Shown piece by piece: positions 8,758 through 16,226 of a stretch of 32,000 nucleotides of DNA. Below the pieces are notes generated by a model. It worked only from the letters and a program-made list of their open reading frames with translations. It did not search any database and had not been told where the DNA came from. Position 1 is the first letter of the stretch. Every line of letters starts with the position of its first letter. Source of the stretch: Fibrobacter succinogenes subsp. succinogenes S85 (lineage in GTDB: Bacteria > Fibrobacterota > Fibrobacteria > Fibrobacterales > Fibrobacteraceae); assembly GCF_000146505.1 (NCBI RefSeq), contig NC_017448.1, positions 3,180,001-3,212,000 on the forward strand. The letters run 5' to 3'. Both the position numbers and the translations under genes were made by a program.

Positions 8758-11700
8758 TGCCAGCTGTTCGCAAAACCCATCCCAATGGAAAACTTGATTC
8801 TCGTGGGGCAGATATCCCTGTGCAATAGAGGCAATTCAATCGGAGTCAACTTCCGCCCGCCACGCAAATCCTTGTCCTCGCCAATGCGGCTCAGACCGCG
8901 AGCAAACGTGAGCGAAATATCGAACGGAATATTTCCCCAAATCTTGTTGCTCATGCGGAAACTCAAACCCACGGAACGGTCCCAGAATTCATGTTTGGTG
9001 AGCTTGTCTGTGAAGAAGTCTCCGTTCCATGCGGCTCCAATTAGAGCAAACAAGTCAACGTACAAACTGCGTGTCGAGAAAATCCAGAGGTCGTGTCTCC
9101 AGTCATCGTAAATCGGGTAGAGATAGTGGAGCTCCGCCATTGCCGTCTTTGTACCCGAGAGCGTGTAGTCTTCGTTGCTGCGTAAGTACGGGTAACCATC
9201 GAGGAATACTGGCGTGTAATAGTACGAATCCAGCGTATCGCTCACGTCATCGGTGCTCCAATGGAGGTAACTCGTGATTTTTCCGCCAGCAGCAAGTCGT
9301 GCGTGGAGGAGAGGCGTCTGCACGCTTCCGTAAAGGTTCAAACCGAACTGGTGGAGTGCAAAGTTTCTGTAATGAGATTCAATTTTGCCGTTTTCGGTGA
9401 CGTAAAGTGATCCGGGGCGGCTAAGGTCGCTGTTGGCGTACTGGTAATAGGCAAAGAGACCGTTTCCTTGTCCGGAAATTCCCGAACCACCTTCGCCTTC
9501 GTTGTCGCCGTAAAGACCAAAACCAATTGTAGCGCTAAATCGTTTTTGGTACGTCCATTCGATTCTTTCATCGTAGAAGTTGACGTTTGCCCAATCGTAG
9601 CTGATGGCCGCTTGCAATGTATCAATGCTCTTGAAAATGCTGTAGCCAGCGGTACCCGTAATGGCTTGCATGGCGTAGGAATAGCGGCTGGAGCCGACAC
9701 TGTCTGCTACGTTTGACCCCACGCCTTCGTAACGCATGGTTTCTTCGTTTGTGTAGTTCGCATAACTGTACGAAAGCCCAAGGTCAATAGGCGTGCTGCG
9801 GTTATCCCATGCAATAAAGAATTCCTTTTCTATTTCGGGATTGAGACCGTCTGTGTTGATGTAGTCAAAGCCTTTGCCGAGTTCCAGCATCAGTCCTAGC
9901 TGTACCGTGTTTTTCTTGAGAGCGTCACTGATGACGACAGCAAGGCCAAGCTTAGCCTTGACTTCGCCTTCGCCAAAGACGGTCATGCTCGGGGCGTTTT
10001 CGGAGATGCTGAAAATCGGGACGAACAGCGGAATGTTCGGAATCGGCTTGTAGTTTCGTTCGGCGCCTGCAAATTCGCGGTCAATGAGTTCAAGCTCTTT
10101 GTGCTGCTTTTGCGGGAGCGTTCCATGCAAGATGATTTCGCGTTGTGTCGAATCAATGATGGCTACTTTGATTGTATCGCGGTGCTCCACCTGGATCACG
10201 TCCTTGTGCAAAACGACTTGTGTGCATTTGGCGGAATCGGCGGTGTTCGCGTCTGCAACATTAACTGCGGCCGCGGTCTTCGTTGAATCAACGGACTTTG
10301 TTGTGTCGGCACATGCGACCTGGATTGTGTCTGCCTTTTGCAAAACGCTATCGCGTACAGTCACGACAACACTGTCGCGGAATATGGGTTCTGCTTCTTT
10401 ACTGTAAGGCAACTTGTAAAGCGAGAAACCGTCCTTGTCATATTGCGTAAAGAATATCGTATCGCCAGCGAGAGTCGGCGTGAATGCGCCACCGACTACG
10501 TTTGTGAGGGCGCGTTCCTTGCCGGTGTTCAGGTCCTTTTCAATCAAGTTGAAAATGTTGTTGCGGTTGCTTGCGAAAATAATCTTGTCGTTGTCAATCC
10601 AGTTGACATCGCGTTCGTCATAGCCTGCGGTGCTTACGATTTTGAAGTTTGCACCGTTTGTGTCCACAACGGCAATCCCGCGTTGCGTATCGTCAAAGAA
10701 ACTAAATGCGATTCGCTTTCCGTCAGGGCTGAACTTCGGGCTGTAAATATTATAGTAGAGCAGCGAAGAATCGGGCTTGAAAATATCAATCGGATCTTCA
10801 GCAGAAATTTTTTTCAAGTCGCTCGAGAATGGAACCTTGCTCAATACAAATCGCGTGCTGAACGGCTCGCGGCGCACGAACACGATTGAAGTACCCTGCT
10901 TGTTGAACGACGGATAGACTGCATCGGTGAGGTAGGTGAGTGTAGCTTCGTTCTTGCTTGTATCGCTCACGGCAACGTCAAAGTGGGCATGGCCATCCTT
11001 GTCGCGATTCTGGTAGCTGATGTAGGTGAGGAATGGGCCATGTACGCTATCGTTGTAAACGTCAATGCCCTTGTCGAACCAGGGCTTTTTCGCCCTAAAT
11101 CCGGATTTTGCAAAATCACCAATGTTGATGAGACTGTCGGTGGGTTCTGTTTCAATTGCGATATCGCCAATCTCTACACCATCGACAACATTACTTGAAT
11201 CGGCGGCACTTGTGGAGTCTTCTTTCGTCTCTCGTCTCTCGTCTTTCGTCTTTAAAGTATCCGAAAGCGGAATCTTGAAAACAGCTCCGTCAAACCATGG
11301 ACCGCCAAAGTTTGAAATACCGTAAAGGTTGTTGCCGCTCACGACAGGGAAGTCCTGCCAGAAGGCGTCCTTCGTCATCTTGATACCTTCGACAAGCGTG
11401 CCGAGAGAATCTTTTTGTGCCTGATAATACTCGGTAATTTCTTTTTTCCAGTTGTCGTAAAGTTGCTGTTCGGAGATGCCTAAAACTTTCTTGATAGCAC
11501 CGTTAAGCGTGGCGCGGTAGGGCTTTCCGAGTTCATGCCAAATTTTAGGGACGGCGTCTTCACCGTAATGCTTGGCGATGTAGAGTACGAGAGAAAATCC
11601 CTGTGTGTAGGGGCCGAGTTCTGCAAACAGCGAATTGTCTGAGAATTCGTGCATGTAGGGGAGTGTCATGAGGCTGTCGTTCAAGGCTGCAGTGCGGAGG

Positions 11701-12293
11701 AGCATGTCGCGATGCGTGTCCCAGGCGTCAAAACCCATGCGTGAAGATTCGTATTGCGCAGTACCTTCGGCAAACCAAAGCGGCTGCAACGTGAACGGAA
11801 TCATTGTGAGGAAGTCGCTTCTCGTGCGTTCATTATAGTAGTCCGTGTAGCTGAACTGGAAGCCGTAAAGGTTCGGGACAATTTTAGCCCCGCTCTCAAT
11901 GCTCACGAGATGGCTAAATTCATGCGTCACCACATCCGAAATCCAGCCGTGGCTGCTGCGAATTTTGAAATCCCAGTTGGTGAGCCAGAGGTTCAGTGCA
12001 TTTTCGCTCGGGATGGCGCTGCCGTTGCTGTAAAGGGCATTGTTCAAGACCGCATTGATGCGTGGGAGCGGCTTGTTGTAGCGGCTCGTGACGGAATCGT
12101 AAACGGCTTCGGCGTAAGCGGAAACTTTAGCGGCGTGGGTTGAATATTCAACAGGGTAGATGAACTGGAAATGTTCCGTGCCTGCGGTTTTCCACTTGAT
12201 ATCGCTCTGGTTGCCGTAAAAGCCGGCGGCGCTTGCTGTTCCCGCTAAAAATGCGGTACAGACTGCAAAAATGCTCTTAATCTTAATCTTCAT
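8754..12293 (-). CDS. large secreted/outer-membrane protein: N-terminal HExxH (peptidase MA-like) region, TolB-type PD40 beta-propeller repeats, beta-strand-rich C-terminal ~450 aa (putative barrel)
   Basis: Signal peptide MKIKIKSIFAVCTAFLAGTASA. VVTHEFSHLV (HExxH) with a downstream EGTAQYE. PD40-like repeats (YSPKFSPDGKRIAFSF, YPSFNKQGTSIVFVR, IDNDKIIFASNRNN). The C-terminus has alternating aromatic/hydrophilic strands. Confidence 0.75.
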   Translation of the reverse strand: MKIKIKSIFAVCTAFLAGTASAAGFYGNQSDIKWKTAGTEHFQFIYPVEYSTHAAKVSAYAEAVYDSVTSRYNKPLPRINAVLNNALYSNGSAIPSENALNLWLTNWDFKIRSSHGWISDVVTHEFSHLVSIESGAKIVPNLYGFQFSYTDYYNERTRSDFLTMIPFTLQPLWFAEGTAQYESSRMGFDAWDTHRDMLLRTAALNDSLMTLPYMHEFSDNSLFAELGPYTQGFSLVLYIAKHYGEDAVPKIWHELGKPYRATLNGAIKKVLGISEQQLYDNWKKEITEYYQAQKDSLGTLVEGIKMTKDAFWQDFPVVSGNNLYGISNFGGPWFDGAVFKIPLSDTLKTKDERRETKEDSTSAADSSNVVDGVEIGDIAIETEPTDSLINIGDFAKSGFRAKKPWFDKGIDVYNDSVHGPFLTYISYQNRDKDGHAHFDVAVSDTSKNEATLTYLTDAVYPSFNKQGTSIVFVRREPFSTRFVLSKVPFSSDLKKISAEDPIDIFKPDSSLLYYNIYSPKFSPDGKRIAFSFFDDTQRGIAVVDTNGANFKIVSTAGYDERDVNWIDNDKIIFASNRNNIFNLIEKDLNTGKERALTNVVGGAFTPTLAGDTIFFTQYDKDGFSLYKLPYSKEAEPIFRDSVVVTVRDSVLQKADTIQVACADTTKSVDSTKTAAAVNVADANTADSAKCTQVVLHKDVIQVEHRDTIKVAIIDSTQREIILHGTLPQKQHKELELIDREFAGAERNYKPIPNIPLFVPIFSISENAPSMTVFGEGEVKAKLGLAVVISDALKKNTVQLGLMLELGKGFDYINTDGLNPEIEKEFFIAWDNRSTPIDLGLSYSYANYTNEETMRYEGVGSNVADSVGSSRYSYAMQAITGTAGYSIFKSIDTLQAAISYDWANVNFYDERIEWTYQKRFSATIGFGLYGDNEGEGGSGISGQGNGLFAYYQYANSDLSRPGSLYVTENGKIESHYRNFALHQFGLNLYGSVQTPLLHARLAAGGKITSYLHWSTDDVSDTLDSYYYTPVFLDGYPYLRSNEDYTLSGTKTAMAELHYLYPIYDDWRHDLWIFSTRSLYVDLFALIGAAWNGDFFTDKLTKHEFWDRSVGLSFRMSNKIWGNIPFDISLTFARGLSRIGEDKDLRGGRKLTPIELPLLHRDICPTRIKFSIGMGFANSWQ
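11221..11253. repeat. imperfect 7-nt tandem repeat (TCTTTCG TCTCTCG TCTCTCG TCTTTCG TCTTT) inside the 1179-aa CDS
   Basis: Read directly from the plus strand. On the coding strand it encodes ...KTKDERRETKED... in a low-complexity linker. The same heptamer type recurs at 30817-30837. Confidence 0.8.
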
Positions 12294-12340
12294 GGTAGTA
12301 ATTTAGAATTTTGAGCGTGGGCGGGAAAACAAAAACATAC

Positions 12341-12367
12341 AGAAAAACCGCATGATTGCTCATGCGG
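12341..12367 (-). terminator. intrinsic-terminator-like hairpin on the minus strand, 55 nt upstream of the 1179-aa gene start
   Basis: Perfect 8-bp stem ccgcatga / tcatgcgg (12348-12355 / 12360-12367) with loop ttgc. On the minus strand it is followed by tttttct. Confidence 0.55.
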
Positions 12368-12490
12368 TTGCTTTGGAGGAGATGAGGATTATTTTTACAC
12401 TCATAAAAATACGTAATAAGCTTGGCATAAAATGTTTATAAAGCTGGGTTTTGTAATGTATCTGTGTCAACTGTATCCATTGCGCCATTC

Positions 12491-12540
12491 CTGTTACTTC
12501 CTACTTCTAACTTCCAACTTCCTACCGTCTACTTCCTACT
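12491..12540. repeat. array of seven 7-nt units (consensus TTCCTAC on plus, GTAGGAA on minus)
   Basis: ctgttac ttcctac ttctaac ttccaac ttcctac cgtctac ttcctac t. Positions 12518-12540 are an exact 23-nt reverse-complement match to 30720-30742. Confidence 0.85.
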
Positions 12541-12577
12541 AAAAAAGCCACGCATTTCTGCGTGACCTTTTTTTGAG
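12541..12577. terminator. intrinsic terminator downstream of the GH5 gene, bidirectional in form
   Basis: aaaaaagc-cacgca-tttc-tgcgtg-accttttttt. The 6-bp stem is flanked by A6 and T7, and it lies 20-50 nt past the stop at 12596. Confidence 0.6.
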
Positions 12578-12595
12578 GGGGTTTTAAGGAGAGAC

Positions 12596-14572
12596 TTATT
12601 TGCTACCGACGCCGAGTGCCTTGTCGAGGCCTTCAATCAACTTGCCGTTTTCGATCACGGAGAAGTTGCCGGTGTAGCCCCAGTGCGTCCAAGGAATCTG
12701 GAGGGTATCGCAGATTTCGCGCATGGCCGTGAGGTAGTTGAGGCGGGATTCAGCGGTAGAGCGGAGGTTCAATGCGCCGAATTCGTTGATGATCACCGGT
12801 ACGTTGTTGGTGGCGGCCCACTTCTTGGCCTTGAGAATCTGTTCCAAGATGGCTTCCTTGCTGCCGGTCTTGTAGTAGTTCTTGATGTTGGTTTTCACGT
12901 AGGACTTTGTGCTCTTGTTGACACCGAAGTCGCCAGAAACCGTAGACCACTTTGCCGGATCGTAGGGGAACGGAATATCGTGGATGGTGGCGTAGTCCGT
13001 CCAGGAACCGCCCTGATGCGTGAAGGCGAACGGTTCGTAGGTGTGGATCACGTAGATGATGTTGTCATCGGTGAACGGAGTGCGCTTGGCGAGGAGCGTG
13101 ATGGAGTACCACTGGGCATCACCGAAGAGGATGGTGTGCTTGGTATCAACCGTGCGGATGGCGTCAATCATGGCCTGGGCTGCGGTGGTCCATGTTGCTG
13201 CAGTGACCTTACCATCGCTCATGTCCGGTTCGTTCAAGAGTTCGAAGAACAAGTCTTCGCGGGGGCTTTCGGCGTAGTGGGCTGCAACATGCTTCCACGT
13301 TTCTGCCATCATCTTGATGTAGTTGGGGTCCTTAGCGCTGGTGGTGTTGTAGCTGTTGTCATATTCATGGTAGTCAATCACGAAAGACATGTTGTACTTG
13401 GCGGTCCATTCTACGAAGGAGTCGAGAACCAGGAACAAGGTGTCGTCATCGAACTTGAGTTCTGTGTCGGTGCCTGCGATGAATGCGTCACGGTTTGTGG
13501 CATAGAGGTCAAGGTCAATCGGCAAGCGGAGGCTCTTGAATCCGTTGTCGGCAAGAATCTTGACGTCGCTTTCGCCCAATTCAAAGGACTTGAACTTGCC
13601 ATCTGCGTTTTCGAGCCAGTTGGTAAAGTTGACACCCTTGTTGAGGTACTTCATGGCCTTTTCCTGCAACGGGTTCGTCACAGTGATTTCAGCTTCGGTA
13701 AATTCAACGACCGGAATGACCGGGTCCTTGATTTCCATATCCGGCTGGTCCTTTTCAACTTCGGAAGAATCCTGCAGGTAGATGTTGTCGATGAAGAGGG
13801 AGTCGGTCACGAGCTTGCTCTTGTTTCCCTTGGCCTGGAAGCTGATTGCCATGATGTGCTTGGCGTCGAACGGAATTTCCTTGCCCCAGCCACCTTGAAC
13901 GAGGTCCTTGAAGCGGACGACAGCCTGCTTCCATGTGCGGGATGCCGGGAACTTGGCGAGATGCACGTCGTAGTCTTCGACGTCGGTGATTTCGATATGT
14001 ACTTCGTGTGCGCCGCCCTTGTACCAGTAGGTAAGGCCGCCGAAATGTCCGTTGGCTTCGTCCGGTGCGACCTGCACGCCCCAGCCTACGTACGGATCGT
14101 ATTCGTAATCGCCTCTATCAAGCGTGTAGTTGACTTGCAAGGCGTAGTTGGAACCGTTGTTGACGCGGCCCGGGATGATGTTTTCTTCTTCGTTTAGCGG
14201 AGTCGTGATGATGGATGCACCACCGTTGTCGTTATCGTTGTAGGTGTACCAGTAATCACCGATTTTGCTCAAGTTATCGCCATCTTCAAAGTCATCGACC
14301 AAAGTGCCGAGACCTTCCGGCATGGTAATAGGACCTTCTGCAGGGAGCGTAGACGGGTCGACCACTGCGGCAGAGCTGGAGGTCGGGTCAATGACAGCGT
14401 CGCTAGAGGTCGGGCTCATGTCGCTGCTAGAAACCGGAACCTGATTTTCGGCACCCGGAACCGGATTGTTGGCGAACAGTGCCTGGGTATTTTCATCGCC
14501 ACAGGCGGTAAGTGCCATCACGGTTGCGATACCGAGAACGCTCATTTTGGGATAGAAATTCTTGAGTTGCAT
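12596..14572 (-). CDS. glycoside hydrolase family 5 endoglucanase (cellulase), lipoprotein, with Ser/Pro-rich linker and N-terminal CBM-like module
   Basis: Lipobox VMALTACGD. CBM11/CBM30-like segment (LVDDFEDGDNL...YWYTYNDNDNGGAS...LFIDNIYLQ). GH5 catalytic motifs FELLNEP (acid/base) and VIINEFG (nucleophile). At 658 aa its length matches my unverified memory of F. succinogenes endoglucanase 3 (cel-3). Confidence 0.9.
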   Translation of the reverse strand: MQLKNFYPKMSVLGIATVMALTACGDENTQALFANNPVPGAENQVPVSSSDMSPTSSDAVIDPTSSSAAVVDPSTLPAEGPITMPEGLGTLVDDFEDGDNLSKIGDYWYTYNDNDNGGASIITTPLNEEENIIPGRVNNGSNYALQVNYTLDRGDYEYDPYVGWGVQVAPDEANGHFGGLTYWYKGGAHEVHIEITDVEDYDVHLAKFPASRTWKQAVVRFKDLVQGGWGKEIPFDAKHIMAISFQAKGNKSKLVTDSLFIDNIYLQDSSEVEKDQPDMEIKDPVIPVVEFTEAEITVTNPLQEKAMKYLNKGVNFTNWLENADGKFKSFELGESDVKILADNGFKSLRLPIDLDLYATNRDAFIAGTDTELKFDDDTLFLVLDSFVEWTAKYNMSFVIDYHEYDNSYNTTSAKDPNYIKMMAETWKHVAAHYAESPREDLFFELLNEPDMSDGKVTAATWTTAAQAMIDAIRTVDTKHTILFGDAQWYSITLLAKRTPFTDDNIIYVIHTYEPFAFTHQGGSWTDYATIHDIPFPYDPAKWSTVSGDFGVNKSTKSYVKTNIKNYYKTGSKEAILEQILKAKKWAATNNVPVIINEFGALNLRSTAESRLNYLTAMREICDTLQIPWTHWGYTGNFSVIENGKLIEGLDKALGVGSK

Positions 14573-14742
14573 AAAACCCTCTTAAGGTGATTTTTTCTTT
14601 TTTACCAAAGATATATTTGGGGGTCGGTTTTATGCTATGTAAAATGATATATCGGAATAAAAAGTGTAATAAGTGTTTTGGTCTAAAAGTCCACTTTCTG
14701 TACGAAAAACGTTAAAAAATATTTTATTTAACTGACGCAAAG

Positions 14743-14755
14743 CGTTTGACAAACG
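14743..14755. promoter_or_regulatory. perfect 13-nt palindrome CGTTTGACAAACG containing a TTGACA hexamer, 26 nt upstream of the SagB-like start codon
   Basis: Read directly. AACGTT half-site-like hexamers are also at 14709-14714 and 14753-14758. The operator or promoter role is inference only. Confidence 0.3.
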
Positions 14756-14780
14756 TTATTCTTTTTATCTTTGGTTTTGG

Positions 14781-16163
14781 ATGCGCTATTTTTCGGAAAT
14801 TTACCACGAATCAACCCAGTACATTCCCCATGGAAGCGGGGATCCCGTCATTATGCACTGGGAAAAGCAAGCGTATGCCGATAAGCGTTATGAGGGGTGC
14901 AATCGCTATCCTCTGACGGCCGCATTCATGCCGCTTTTGGCACCGATTTCGGCGGATTATCTGAATCCGGTTTGCGTCTATGCCGTGGTGCATGGGGGAG
15001 AGGTTCCCGATGGCGTTTACTACGTGGACCGTGCAGAATCGAAGCTTGTCAAGATTGGCGGTGTCGATGTCCGCAAGGCGATTCTTGCATCGTTTCCGGA
15101 ACAGGAATTTATAACCGAAGCGCAGACGATTTTCATTTACACGGGGCTCCTGGAACGTGCTGTTTGGCGGTTCCGCGAGGCGGCATATCGTCAGGTGCAA
15201 ATGGACGTGGGCTCTGCTTGTGCCAATACGATTCTTTTGGCAAAGTCGCGTGGGCAAAAAGTCTTTGCGCTTGGCGGGTTTGTCGATGATTCTATTGCGG
15301 TTGCGCTCAAGCTCGGGGCTACTGAAATGCCGATGGCGGCAATTGCTGTTTTCCCGGAAAAGAGCATGGTCGCGTTCAATTCCGTCGATGATGGCGTTGG
15401 TGAACTCGCGTATTCGAACCATGCGGAGATGGGCGCTTATGCGGGCGAAGATGAATGCCGTATGGAAATTTCGCGATATCCGTCGCGATTCATGTTGCAA
15501 AATCGTCTAGAAAACATTGACAACTTGAACCTTTGCATGAAGGTGCGCCGTTTGAATGTGCAGGCGCTCCCGGGCGATGAATTTCCGCTGACGCCGTCGA
15601 AGTTTACGAATGAGTATTATTTGCGTGAACTGTGGTATTTGCGCACTGATAAAAAAGTCGCTGCGCCTTTTGTTCACGGAACGCTAGACTTGGATGATTT
15701 CTCGTCGATGTTGCGCTGGCTGGAACTCGCTCAGTTGAACGCTTTTGGCGCGGGGCTAATAAAAATTTGGGTGGTGGTTTTTGATGTGATGTTTGTGTAT
15801 GCGGGCGTGTACCGCTACATCCCTGTTCGCAAGTCCATCTATATGCAAAGCGGTTCTGCCAATCCGAAAAAGTTTAACAAGTGCTTTGCCGTTCCTGAAC
15901 AAGTTCAAAATTCCATGTTCGCTGTGGTGCTTACTTCGAATTTGAATGAATCTTGCCAGGTGCTTGGGAACCGCGGCTACCGCTATATGAATTTGAATGC
16001 GGGCGTGCTCGCCGAATCGCTTTACGTCTCCGCGCGCTTGCTCAACAAGACCGCCCGCGAAGAACATTTCTTCTACCACGACGAGCTCAAAAAACTTCTT
16101 GAAATTCCTGAAACCGAAAGCATCATCTCGACCGTGCTCATCGGAAAAAGTCCCGCGAGATAG
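14781..16163 (+). CDS. tandem nitroreductase-fold protein, SagB/ThcOx-type dehydrogenase-like (two repeats of the fold in one chain)
   Basis: N-terminal YHESTQY (SagB-type YHExTK-like). First half has AYRQVQMDVGSACANTILLAKSRGQKVFALGGFVDD. Second half repeats the pattern with GYRYMNLNAGVLAESLYVSARLLN and GVYRYIPVRKSIYMQ. Confidence 0.7.
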   Translation: MRYFSEIYHESTQYIPHGSGDPVIMHWEKQAYADKRYEGCNRYPLTAAFMPLLAPISADYLNPVCVYAVVHGGEVPDGVYYVDRAESKLVKIGGVDVRKAILASFPEQEFITEAQTIFIYTGLLERAVWRFREAAYRQVQMDVGSACANTILLAKSRGQKVFALGGFVDDSIAVALKLGATEMPMAAIAVFPEKSMVAFNSVDDGVGELAYSNHAEMGAYAGEDECRMEISRYPSRFMLQNRLENIDNLNLCMKVRRLNVQALPGDEFPLTPSKFTNEYYLRELWYLRTDKKVAAPFVHGTLDLDDFSSMLRWLELAQLNAFGAGLIKIWVVVFDVMFVYAGVYRYIPVRKSIYMQSGSANPKKFNKCFAVPEQVQNSMFAVVLTSNLNESCQVLGNRGYRYMNLNAGVLAESLYVSARLLNKTAREEHFFYHDELKKLLEIPETESIISTVLIGKSPAR

Positions 16164-16191
16164 CGGATTTTGAAACGCCCGCGCATTGTCA

Positions 16192-16211
16192 CCCCGGCCT
16201 TAGTGCCGGGG
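16192..16211 (+). terminator. GC-rich hairpin between convergent genes, a possible terminator or REP-like element
   Basis: ccccggc-cttagt-gccgggg (7-bp GC stem). The T-rich run (ttcttgttttt) begins about 8 nt after the stem, so terminator function is uncertain. It shares the TGTCAY lead-in with the hairpin at 30766-30787. Confidence 0.4.
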
Positions 16212-16226
16212 GCGGTATTCTTGTTT

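Noticed and set aside
12382-12441. 19-codon plus-strand ORF (MRIIFTLIKIRNKLGIKCL) preceded by GGAGG
   Set aside because: The SD-like GGAGG ends only 2 nt before the ATG, which is too close for initiation. The region is AT-rich and there is no supporting context.
12491-12540. Possible CRISPR array or minisatellite
   Set aside because: The units are only 7 nt with no spacers, so this is not CRISPR architecture. It is kept as a heptad repeat instead.
14746-14775. Sigma-70 promoter assignment from the TTGACA at 14746-14751
   Set aside because: The best -10-like hexamer (tatctt, 14766-14771) gives a 14-nt spacer, which is too short. Fibrobacter promoter consensus is also not something I can assume. 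Only the palindrome is reported.
14632-16163. Canonical TOMM / thiazole-oxazole RiPP cluster
   Set aside because: No YcaO cyclodehydratase, E1-like partner, protease or exporter lies anywhere in the window. Only the SagB-like protein and a weak small ORF are present, so a standard RiPP cluster is not supported.
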